A DNA stretch of 64,000 nt. Source: Eubacteriales bacterium. Its GTDB lineage: Bacteria; Bacillota; Clostridia; Lachnospirales; WRAX01. This document shows, in pieces, positions 53,943-62,080 of this stretch. Position numbers and translations under genes: made by a program. Within the stretch, counting starts at the first letter, position 1. Every line of letters starts with the position of its first letter. Where the stretch lies: assembly GCA_031550435.1 (NCBI GenBank), contig JAVBOO010000024.1, positions 823 through 64,822 of the forward strand, written 5' to 3'. The notes below the pieces were generated by a model. That model did no database searches and was not told where the DNA came from. It saw only the letters and a list, made by a program, of their open reading frames with translations.

Positions 53943-55403
53943 ATGAGCAAAATAAAGCCGAGTACGGACTTTTTATTATCTCTCGCACTATCCGCAATAT
54001 GCTGCGCGGCAGTATATTTTTCTTTAAAGCACGCGGGCATTGCGGTGCTTGCAGGTGGCGCGGGCAGCCCTACACTGTTTTCGGTTATACTCAACGGCAT
54101 AACCGCTTTAATGATCTTGATAAGCCTGATTCTTGTTCTTCTTTATTTTTGGGAGGAAAACGAGACAGGCTTTGTCGGCTTATTGTTCACGCTGTCGTTT
54201 ATGGTCTATTTCTTCTGGAACACATATGCGAAGACCGCTCCCGTCAGCGACTACAAAGTATTAATAGACGGCGCAAACTCAATTTTAGACGGCGATTTTC
54301 TGCGTCTCTCATCCGATAAGTCAAACTATTTTTACTTTTATAATACTCAGATCCCTTATACTGCGTTTTTATCACTTATGTCGCTTTGTACAGGCAGAAG
54401 CCTTGAGGGACTTAAGTTTATCGAGTGCCTTATACAGGCAGTAACCGTTGTCGCTGTGTATTTAACCGCAAAGAAGATATCCGACGCAAAAACCGGAATC
54501 ATCGCCTCTTCGGTATACATGTGGCTGACATTTAACATCTTGGGCAGTTCTGTCATAAACAATCAGCACATTGCCGTGCTTCTGTGTTTGGCCGGTATGC
54601 TGTATTTCTTCGGAAAAGATATCAAGAGCCACCTAATCAGCGGAATGTTTTTTGCTTTGGCTGTTCTAATGCGGCAAAGCTCGATTATTATCGTTATATC
54701 CGCTGTTTGCTATGAGTTCTACACTTATTTGTTCGGAAAGGTTGACATCGTAAAGTCCATCAACACGCTTAAGAGGCTTTCTTTAGTCGGAGTCTCCTGC
54801 ATTATTACCTTTTCGATAGTGACAACGACTCTCGTAACATTGGGAATTGCGCCGGACAACCCCGGCAAAGCGCATTTGCCCTATTTTAAGCTTTTACTCG
54901 GAACAGCCGGCGGCAGTCTTTACGGCAACAAAACAATAGACGCGAAACGGACGCAGGTCTATCTGGATCTGCAAGACATCAATTATAACTACGAAAAGTA
55001 CAACGCAGAATCTTTAGAAGCAATAAAAAAAGCTTTTCTTGACACCGATACACTTATTCCGAGGGTGAAAAACAACATTAAAAGATTTTTGGGAGCCTGG
55101 GATAACCAGTTTGAATACTCTGTAACCGAGGCGACCGAAGTCGTTTCAAAACTTGTCTATACCGGAGTTTTTCAGTATAACTTTATCTTGGTTTTGTCGG
55201 CAGCGGCAGTTTTTATAAGAAAAAAGCCGGAAAAGTTCTATCTCCCGATAATAGCTTTTCTGGGCTATGCAGTAATACATGCTTTTATAGAAGTTCAAGC
55301 AAGGTATAGGTTTGAAATATATGCCATACTCGCTATTTGTTCGGCCGTGACGGTGAGCGGCTTTCTGAAAAAGCAGCTGTTTGTGAACCGTGAAGAACAG
55401 TGA
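53943..55403 (+). CDS. polytopic membrane protein, possibly a GT39/GT83-like glycosyltransferase
   Basis: The start is placed at MSKIKPS behind GGAGA. There are about 10-12 TM helices plus a soluble loop. The family assignment is tentative. Confidence 0.45.
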   Translation: MSKIKPSTDFLLSLALSAICCAAVYFSLKHAGIAVLAGGAGSPTLFSVILNGITALMILISLILVLLYFWEENETGFVGLLFTLSFMVYFFWNTYAKTAPVSDYKVLIDGANSILDGDFLRLSSDKSNYFYFYNTQIPYTAFLSLMSLCTGRSLEGLKFIECLIQAVTVVAVYLTAKKISDAKTGIIASSVYMWLTFNILGSSVINNQHIAVLLCLAGMLYFFGKDIKSHLISGMFFALAVLMRQSSIIIVISAVCYEFYTYLFGKVDIVKSINTLKRLSLVGVSCIITFSIVTTTLVTLGIAPDNPGKAHLPYFKLLLGTAGGSLYGNKTIDAKRTQVYLDLQDINYNYEKYNAESLEAIKKAFLDTDTLIPRVKNNIKRFLGAWDNQFEYSVTEATEVVSKLVYTGVFQYNFILVLSAAAVFIRKKPEKFYLPIIAFLGYAVIHAFIEVQARYRFEIYAILAICSAVTVSGFLKKQLFVNREEQ

Positions 55404-55414
55404 CGAATACAGGC

Positions 55415-57280
55415 TTAAAACAACGCCGTCAGCCTAAACAGCGCTGAAACCGCACAGCAAAGAGCAATACCTATTGATGTCGGCAGTATGAACGCAAGAA
55501 TTGTCAGCTTTAGCGACGACAATTCTTTTTTTATTGTCAGTACGGTTGTAGCGCACGGAAAATGAAAAAGAAAAAACAGCATCGTACATACGGCGGTTAC
55601 AGCCGTCCAACCGTTTGCCGTGAACACCGAATATATATCTTGAGCCGTTCCCGAATTACCTATGGCAGAAAACCCCGGATAACACGTAAGCATTATTGGC
55701 ACGACAATCTCGTTTGCGGGCCAACCCAGGATAAACGCGGCAATTATTACCCCGTCCATTCCCAGAAATCTCCCCGCCGGGTCGAGCGCAGATGACATGG
55801 CCGAGAGTGCCGATACCCCATTTACATCGGTGTTTTGCAGCAGCCAAAGAACAAGTCCTCCGGGAGCGGCGACGATGACTGCCCTGCCGAGTATCTTAAG
55901 TGTATTGTCTTTAAGACTCAACAGTACCGTCTTGAGAAACTGCGGCCTTCTGTACGGCGGAAGTTCGAGCACAAACGCGGACGAACGCTTGCCGCCGAAC
56001 AAAACCGACAAAAGCTTTGTCGCCACAAAAGTAACGCCTATAGCCGCCAATACAAACAGGAAAACAACTAAAGCGGATAAAAAGCTGTTTTTTTCGCCGG
56101 AACCTAGTATGAAGCCGGACAGCAAAATCAAAGACGGATATTTCCCGTTGCACGGAACCAAAGAGTTCGTCAACACCGATATTTTCCGGTCGTTGCCTCC
56201 CCCCATGATCCGGCAAGACGTCACCCCGCACGCCGAGCAGCCAAAACCCATGCACATTGTAAGCGCGTTTTTACCGTTCGTTCCGGCGCTGTTAAACAAT
56301 CCGTCGGTATTAAACGCTATCCTCGGCAAAAGCCCGCTGTCTTCGAGCAAGTTAAACAACGGGGAAAATATCGCCATCGGAGGCAGCATTACCGATACAA
56401 CGTTACCCGATGTTCTGAACATCCCATAAATCACGGCTGATTTCAACGTTTCGTTTATATTCACCGCTTCAAAAAGTGATACGAGAGCAGCCTCGATCTC
56501 AGAAAACATACTCCGCAACAGTTCGGACGGATAATTAGCTCCCACTATCGTCAGCCAAAACACCGCAAAAATCATCAGCAGCATAAGCGGAACCCCGTAT
56601 TTTTTTGTCAGTACGATGTTGTCGATTTTCCTGTCGCGCTTGAAGCAGTCCTCGGATTTGCAACTGACCGTTTCCTCCGCGATAGTTCTTGCAAGAGTGG
56701 CATTATCAGGCTCGCCTTCAAAACGGCATTTCGAAAACGAGCAGACTCTAAGCTTACGCGATAACGCCGCTTGCCCCGCAATTTCCGCTTTAAGCTCTCT
56801 TATGCCGGCTTTCGACCTGGCGCTAGTCGGGACTACCGGCGCTTGCAGCAGCCCTGCAAGCTTTTTGTGGTCGATATCGATATTTCTTTTTTTCGCTTCA
56901 TCGGAAAGGTTAAGGCAGACCACAGCGTTTGAGCACAGCTCAAGCTCGCTTATGCACAGCAAAAGAGCACGTTCGAGACAGGTCGCGTCCGCAACGATAA
57001 CCAAAACATCGTATGAAGAGTTTTTCAGTAAATCTACCGCTTCCTGCTCATCTTTCGAAAAAGCTTCGAGTGAGTAAATACCGGGTATATCTATTATTTC
57101 ATAGTTATCGCCTTCAAAAGAATAAAATGCCGAAGCGTTTTCAACCGTTTTCCCGGCCCAGTTCCCCGTATGCCTGTTAAGCCCCGTCATTGCGTTAAAA
57201 ACTGTGCTTTTGCCCGAGTTAGGGTTTCCGGACAGCACAACTCTGAATGATTGCGGTACCTTTCCCTTTTCCGGTATCAT
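55415..57280 (-). CDS. feoB: ferrous iron transport protein B
   Basis: An N-terminal G-domain (GNPNSGKST, DIPG) precedes a large polytopic membrane domain. It overlaps feoA by 4 nt. Confidence 0.9.
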   Translation of the reverse strand: MIPEKGKVPQSFRVVLSGNPNSGKSTVFNAMTGLNRHTGNWAGKTVENASAFYSFEGDNYEIIDIPGIYSLEAFSKDEQEAVDLLKNSSYDVLVIVADATCLERALLLCISELELCSNAVVCLNLSDEAKKRNIDIDHKKLAGLLQAPVVPTSARSKAGIRELKAEIAGQAALSRKLRVCSFSKCRFEGEPDNATLARTIAEETVSCKSEDCFKRDRKIDNIVLTKKYGVPLMLLMIFAVFWLTIVGANYPSELLRSMFSEIEAALVSLFEAVNINETLKSAVIYGMFRTSGNVVSVMLPPMAIFSPLFNLLEDSGLLPRIAFNTDGLFNSAGTNGKNALTMCMGFGCSACGVTSCRIMGGGNDRKISVLTNSLVPCNGKYPSLILLSGFILGSGEKNSFLSALVVFLFVLAAIGVTFVATKLLSVLFGGKRSSAFVLELPPYRRPQFLKTVLLSLKDNTLKILGRAVIVAAPGGLVLWLLQNTDVNGVSALSAMSSALDPAGRFLGMDGVIIAAFILGWPANEIVVPIMLTCYPGFSAIGNSGTAQDIYSVFTANGWTAVTAVCTMLFFLFHFPCATTVLTIKKELSSLKLTILAFILPTSIGIALCCAVSALFRLTALF

Positions 57281-57516
57281 AGCTCCCCTTCTTTAATGAC
57301 ATATATATTTCCCGCATCATCATTTCTAAGCGCAATAACCGTATTTAACACCCTAAATGCCGCAAGTCCCTTGCGCCTATATGGCATACCCGTTATCACT
57401 GTCTCCCTGTTAAACCCGAGATTGCTTAACCTGGCGGTATAGATTTCGTCTCCGTCAATATATTTGAGTATCCCTTTTTCTTCAGGTCCGAGTTCCGAAA
57501 GATTGACAAAAAGCAT
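57277..57516 (-). CDS. feoA: FeoA family protein
   Basis: 79-aa SH3-like small protein directly upstream of feoB and translationally coupled to it. Confidence 0.8.
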   Translation of the reverse strand: MLFVNLSELGPEEKGILKYIDGDEIYTARLSNLGFNRETVITGMPYRRKGLAAFRVLNTVIALRNDDAGNIYVIKEGEL

Positions 57517-57623
57517 TTAGTGTCCTCCCAAAACGCAATCGCGTTATCGCCGCTCTCTTATGCTTATTATATAAACACTTAGTCTTTCGGGTGAATTGTC
57601 CATAAATCGCGCAAAAACTAATA

Positions 57624-57702
57624 CTGCGGCGTATCTAAACGCGTATGCTCGGCACGAGTAACCGCGTAAGTACTTTATGCGGTATTTAACTTCCGCGGTA
57701 AT
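57624..57702 (-). repeat. family B repeat, partial copy B5
   Basis: CTGCGGCGTATCTAAACGCGTATGCTCGGCACGAGTAACCGCGTAAGTACTTTATGCGGTATTTAACTTCCGCGGTAAT aligns with the reverse complement of 59978..60055. Confidence 0.75.
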
Positions 57703-57855
57703 ATTATTCGATCCAAGCTGCCGGTTGCCTAAGCAATAGCGAAAAATGACGAAAACAGGCGGAACAAACTTGCCCGTTTTTAGCTTAAACTCTATAAACA
57801 CCGAATTTTTTTGGAGAAATTCCATAAAATATATGCGATAATTTTTTTATAAGTA

Positions 57856-57884
57856 TTGACTTAGCGCTCAGATTAGTCTATACT
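57856..57884 (+). promoter_or_regulatory. sigma-A-type promoter of the rubrerythrin gene
   Basis: TTGACT, a 17-nt spacer, then TATACT. Confidence 0.55.
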
Positions 57885-57892
57885 GTAGCTAA

Positions 57893-57909
57893 TTGATAAT
57901 TATTATCAA
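57893..57909. promoter_or_regulatory. Fur-family (Fur/PerR-type) operator
   Basis: TTGATAAT-T-ATTATCAA is a perfect 8-1-8 palindrome. It contains the classical 7-1-7 Fur box TGATAATnATTATCA. It starts 9 nt after the -10 element, at about the transcription start. Confidence 0.6.
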
Positions 57910-57942
57910 CTGATATCAAATATTAGTTAGGAGGAATAAACA

Positions 57943-58479
57943 GTGGAATTAAAAGGCAGCAAAACCGAGGCTAATCTTATGGCGGCATTCGCCGGCGAGT
58001 CACAAGCTAGAAACAAGTATACGTATTACGCATCACAAGCAAGAAAAGACGGGTACGAGCAGATCGCTTCTTTATTTGAAGAAACGGCGAACAACGAGAA
58101 AGAGCACGCTAAAATTTGGTTTAAACTTCTGCACGACGGGATACCTTCAACAAGTCTGAATCTTTTGGATGCAGCTTCCGGAGAGCACTACGAATGGACC
58201 GAAATGTACGAAGAATTTGCAAAAGTCGCCAAAGAAGAAGGCTTTGATAAAATCGCTTATCTTTTCACGGCTGTAGGCAAAATCGAAAAAGAGCACGAAG
58301 AAAGATACCTTAAACTCAAAGGTCAGGTTGACGACGACCTTGTTTTCACAGGCGGAGAAACAACTGTTTGGATCTGCCGCAACTGCGGACACGTTCACGT
58401 AGGCAAAAAGGCGCCGGAAAAATGCCCTGTTTGCGATCACGAGAAATCGTTCTTTGAAAGAAAAGCTTCAAACTACTAA
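57943..58479 (+). CDS. rbr: rubrerythrin
   Basis: GTG start 7 nt after AGGAGGA. The diiron ferritin-like domain has EKEHAKIW and [10 protein letters not shown]-terminal rubredoxin-like CRNCGH...CPVCDH follows. Confidence 0.9.
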   Translation: MELKGSKTEANLMAAFAGESQARNKYTYYASQARKDGYEQIASLFEETANNEKEHAKIWFKLLHDGIPSTSLNLLDAASGEHYEWTEMYEEFAKVAKEEGFDKIAYLFTAVGKIEKEHEERYLKLKGQVDDDLVFTGGETTVWICRNCGHVHVGKKAPEKCPVCDHEKSFFERKASNY

Positions 58480-58503
58480 AATCCCTTAAAACCATTTTAC
58501 TGC

Positions 58504-58543
58504 GCGACTGAAAACAGAGCCTCCGTTTTCAGTCGCTTTTTTT
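58504..58543 (+). terminator. intrinsic terminator after rbr
   Basis: A 12-bp stem (GCGACTGAAAAC / GTTTTCAGTCGC) followed by TTTTTTT. Confidence 0.8.
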
Positions 58544-58644
58544 CCGACACGAACTGTAAGCGTCTAGCAAAACTGTCCGGACGAAAAAGAATGATGGTAA
58601 GTAAACTTGGACTGAGTATATTTGCATTTATTTGAGAGGTAGTT

Positions 58645-59832
58645 ATGACTAAATTAACAGGTTTTTTAATCCGCAAGAATCGAATTGAGCAAAATTATTC
58701 CCAAGAAGGACTTTGCAAGGGCATTTGCGTTGTATCCTACCTTAGCAAAATTGAGCAAGGGCTTGTTAATCCGAGCGAAGAAATAGTAGCCAAACTTTTT
58801 GAACGCCTTAAAATCTCATTTGTTTTTGATGAAGCCGAAATTGTTTCGGGAAGAAATATGTTAGATGATTTTTTTAACAGAAAACTCTATGGTGAAAGCA
58901 CAGCAGAGATTGAAGAAAAGATATGCGCAGAGGCGGAAATGTTTAAAAAAAGCGAGCTGTACATTAGCTACCATCTTTTTGTGTTGTTCAGTAATACACC
59001 GCTTGAAGAGGGACTTACCCGGCTTGAACCATTTATTGATTATATGAGTGACAAGGAAAAATATCTTTTCTATACCGCGAAAAGCAGGCAAAAAACCTCT
59101 TTTGATGAAAGAGTCGGCTTTCTGTTGAAAGCCGAGCAATATATGCGGCAATCATCATCAAAATATGCGTTGGCAAAGAGGTATCTTAAAGCCGGAAAAT
59201 ATCACGAAGCCGAAAGCTTTGCAAGCCAAGCGTTAAGCCTTGCCATTGAGGAAGGTAATGTTTATATGATGATTGAAAGCTCACTTCTTATCGGGCATTG
59301 TTACGCAAGCATAAATAATGTTCCTCTCATGCTCGAAAATTACGGATATGCGGAAAACCTTTCCCGCGGCGTTAATCCTGCGAAAAAGAAGGAGATAGAT
59401 TATAATATCGGCGCTGTTTTCGTCAGCATTAAACGATATGATGAAGCTCTGCCGAGGCTGCTAAACTCAATTCCTGATGAGGAAAACGATTTATCAGTAA
59501 TGATCTGTCACAAACTGGCGATTGTATATTTCGAAAAGAACAATCCGATTGAAGGGCGAAAATGGCTTAATAAAGGCTATGATGCTCTCAGTCGCAACCC
59601 AAATGGATTATACAAAAAAATGCTCGAACTCGTAGAAATGAGAAGTAACCCCGGTTATTTAGATTCAGATGGATATGAGAGCCTGCTTCTTGACGTATGT
59701 AAGAATGTCGGTATTCTGGGATATGGCTTTAAGATTTTCCACAACAAGTATTTGACCGAGTATTATACTCATAAGAGAAAATATAAAGAAGCATACGGAA
59801 TCGCGCTGGAAATGATCGATTTTCTCGAATAA
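58645..59832 (+). CDS. HTH (XRE) + TPR-like regulator, RRNPP/Rgg-PlcR-like architecture
   Basis: 395 aa. The N-terminal IRKNRIEQNYSQEGLCKGICVVSYLSKIEQGLVNPSEEIV is an HTH_3 motif. The remaining ~330 aa are helical-repeat (TPR-like) sequence. Confidence 0.65.
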   Translation: MTKLTGFLIRKNRIEQNYSQEGLCKGICVVSYLSKIEQGLVNPSEEIVAKLFERLKISFVFDEAEIVSGRNMLDDFFNRKLYGESTAEIEEKICAEAEMFKKSELYISYHLFVLFSNTPLEEGLTRLEPFIDYMSDKEKYLFYTAKSRQKTSFDERVGFLLKAEQYMRQSSSKYALAKRYLKAGKYHEAESFASQALSLAIEEGNVYMMIESSLLIGHCYASINNVPLMLENYGYAENLSRGVNPAKKKEIDYNIGAVFVSIKRYDEALPRLLNSIPDEENDLSVMICHKLAIVYFEKNNPIEGRKWLNKGYDALSRNPNGLYKKMLELVEMRSNPGYLDSDGYESLLLDVCKNVGILGYGFKIFHNKYLTEYYTHKRKYKEAYGIALEMIDFLE

Positions 59833-59902
59833 TGCGTTTTGACTCGCTTAACACAGATATTATAGTGATGATTTTCCCAAAACAGATAGGTTTACATGTC
59901 AT

Positions 59903-59935
59903 AAGGCCTCTTGTATAATGAATGCAAGAGGCCTT
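59903..59935 (+). terminator. hairpin downstream of the regulator gene (weak T tract)
   Basis: An 11-bp stem (AAGGCCTCTTG / CAAGAGGCCTT) with an 11-nt loop. Only TTT/TC follows it. Confidence 0.4.
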
Positions 59936-59977
59936 TCATCGTAAATGGCAATGGTGTAAAACTCGAACTTTTCGCAG

Positions 59978-60137
59978 TATTCCTGCGGAAGTTAAATAAC
60001 GTATAAATACTTACGCGGTTACTTGGGCCGAGCAGAGCGTTTAGATACGCCGCAGCGCTTAGGTGCGGCGCATCTGCGTCTTAGCGAGTGAACAACAAAA
60101 TATAGCGTTTTCCTATAATTTGTTGCCGAAGTAATAG
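59978..60137 (+). repeat. family B repeat, copy B7 (long form, reference copy)
   Basis: TATTCCTGCGGAAGTTAAATAACGTATAAATACTTACGCGGTTACTTGGGCCGAGC...CAACAAAATATAGCGTTTTCCTATAATTTGTTGCCGAAGTAATAG. Confidence 0.8.
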
Positions 60138-60334
60138 AAATCCCGTTTTACGGGCTCTAGATTATAAAGGGCGAGAAGTTTTATACCCGATCATGAGTTA
60201 AAAACCGGTATTGCACCGTTGCCAAATGAATTTTTCAAGGGGGAAATATCATAGACACAAAACCGAAACCACCGATCCGATACCTTGTCCGTTATGCCTG
60301 GGACAATCATAAAATACTATTTCTAGTCTTTGCA

Positions 60335-62080
60335 TTGAACTGCTTTTTCTGCGCGTTGTTACCTTATTCATCTATATACACGTTGAAAATGCTTGTTGCC
60401 GAGCTTTCTAACGGAAAGAGCATTAGCACTGTTCTTTTCATATCTTTGGGTTATCTAATAGTCGCCGGAATTTCCGGCGGTCTTTTATCACTCATAAATT
60501 ATAAATATATTCCAGAACTGAAAGAGCTGAGAAAGGGACTGTTAATGACCGTTCACGACAAGGCTTTGAGTCTGCCATACGAAGATACGGAAAACCCGGA
60601 AATCCTTAACAAGTACGAGCTTGCCTTTCGGGCTACGTCCAATTTCACAGACGGCGCGGAGGGTATCTATACAAAATTATTCAGTCTTGGCGGTAGGCTC
60701 GCTTCTCTTTTTTTGTATATCGGTGTGCTGTCGATTTTGAATGCGGGTATAGGTATCATTATTTTGGTGAATACCTTTATTGCGGGCCGGTTCGTTTATC
60801 GCTCATTAATGTACAGCTATTCAAGACGTACTGAAAAAGCTCCGCTTTATCGCCGCGAGAGATATTTGACAAGAATAATGTCATACCCTGAATATGGCAA
60901 GGATATACGCATCTACAGCATTTCCGGTTGGCTAATGGATAAACTTACAATCATCCAATCTGCGATATTCGGAATTGACAAGGATATTAAAACAAAAGAA
61001 ATGCGCGCTTCTCTTGCCGATAGCATCGTTAGCACAATACGGGATTTAACCGTCTATACGTTACTGCTAATCAAATTTTTGGACAATAGCCTTTCAATGG
61101 CTGACCTTATCGCTTGTTTTTCGGCTGTAACAGCATTAAACGCCGTCATAAAACCACTGATTGACGAAACAATATTTATTAAAGTAGAAAGTAAGAGAAT
61201 AACCTATTTACAGTTGTTCTTGGCGCTTCCGGATGAAACAATACAATCCGGCGCGGCTATGCCTGACTTGAATGACGGATTTACAATCGAATTTAAAAAC
61301 CTTGGATTTTCCTACCCAAGAAGCGACAAGCCTGTTTTTGAAAATCTGAGTTTAACTATCAAGAAAGGTCAAAAACTGGCTGTCATAGGTATAAACGGCG
61401 CAGGCAAAACTACGCTCTTAAAACTTCTGCTTCGGATATACATACCGACAACGGGTGAAATTCTTCTCAACGGTGTTAATATTGACCGGATAGACCTAAA
61501 CGCTTATCGAAATTCGTTTTCATTTGTCTTGCAGGATATTAACCTGTATGCCGCAACACTTGAAGAAAATATTGCACTGACCGGCGCAGCTTTTGTTGAC
61601 AGCCACAGAGCGCAGCAATGTCTTGAAAAGGCCGGGCTTGGCGAAAGACTCGCGAGGCTTGATAAGGGACTTAAATCGCAAGTGCTTAAACGCATACATA
61701 GCGACGGTGTTGAATTTTCGGGTGGTGAACGGCAAAAGCTAATAATTGCCCGCGCGCTTTACCGTAACAGCGAAGTGCTTATTATGGACGAGCCGACCGC
61801 CGCGCTTGACGCCTACGCGGAATTTGAGCTGTACAAAAATTTTGCGGAAATTTCTGCGGGGAAAACTTTAATTTTCGTTTCCCACAGGCTTGCCAGCACG
61901 CAGTTCTGCGATAAAATACTGTTACTGGACGGCGGAATTATCAGCGAGAGCGGAACACATGACGAGCTTATACAATTAGGCGGAAAGTACCGCGAAATGT
62001 TTGCTGCACAGATGAAGTATTATAAAGACGACACCACGGAAGGAGGGGCGCACAGTGAAGGAGTTGAAAAAGGAGCTTAG
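60335..62080 (+). CDS. ABC transporter, fused permease/ATP-binding protein (type I exporter), subunit 1
   Basis: Six-TM domain plus NBD (GINGAGKTT, FSGGERQK, IMDEPTAALD). The track start is TTG 60335, but the frame is open from 60230. Upstream residues IIDTKPKPPIRYLVRYAWDNHKILF look like genuine N-terminus, so the true start is probably near 60248-60251. Confidence 0.8.
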   Translation: MNCFFCALLPYSSIYTLKMLVAELSNGKSISTVLFISLGYLIVAGISGGLLSLINYKYIPELKELRKGLLMTVHDKALSLPYEDTENPEILNKYELAFRATSNFTDGAEGIYTKLFSLGGRLASLFLYIGVLSILNAGIGIIILVNTFIAGRFVYRSLMYSYSRRTEKAPLYRRERYLTRIMSYPEYGKDIRIYSISGWLMDKLTIIQSAIFGIDKDIKTKEMRASLADSIVSTIRDLTVYTLLLIKFLDNSLSMADLIACFSAVTALNAVIKPLIDETIFIKVESKRITYLQLFLALPDETIQSGAAMPDLNDGFTIEFKNLGFSYPRSDKPVFENLSLTIKKGQKLAVIGINGAGKTTLLKLLLRIYIPTTGEILLNGVNIDRIDLNAYRNSFSFVLQDINLYAATLEENIALTGAAFVDSHRAQQCLEKAGLGERLARLDKGLKSQVLKRIHSDGVEFSGGERQKLIIARALYRNSEVLIMDEPTAALDAYAEFELYKNFAEISAGKTLIFVSHRLASTQFCDKILLLDGGIISESGTHDELIQLGGKYREMFAAQMKYYKDDTTEGGAHSEGVEKGA

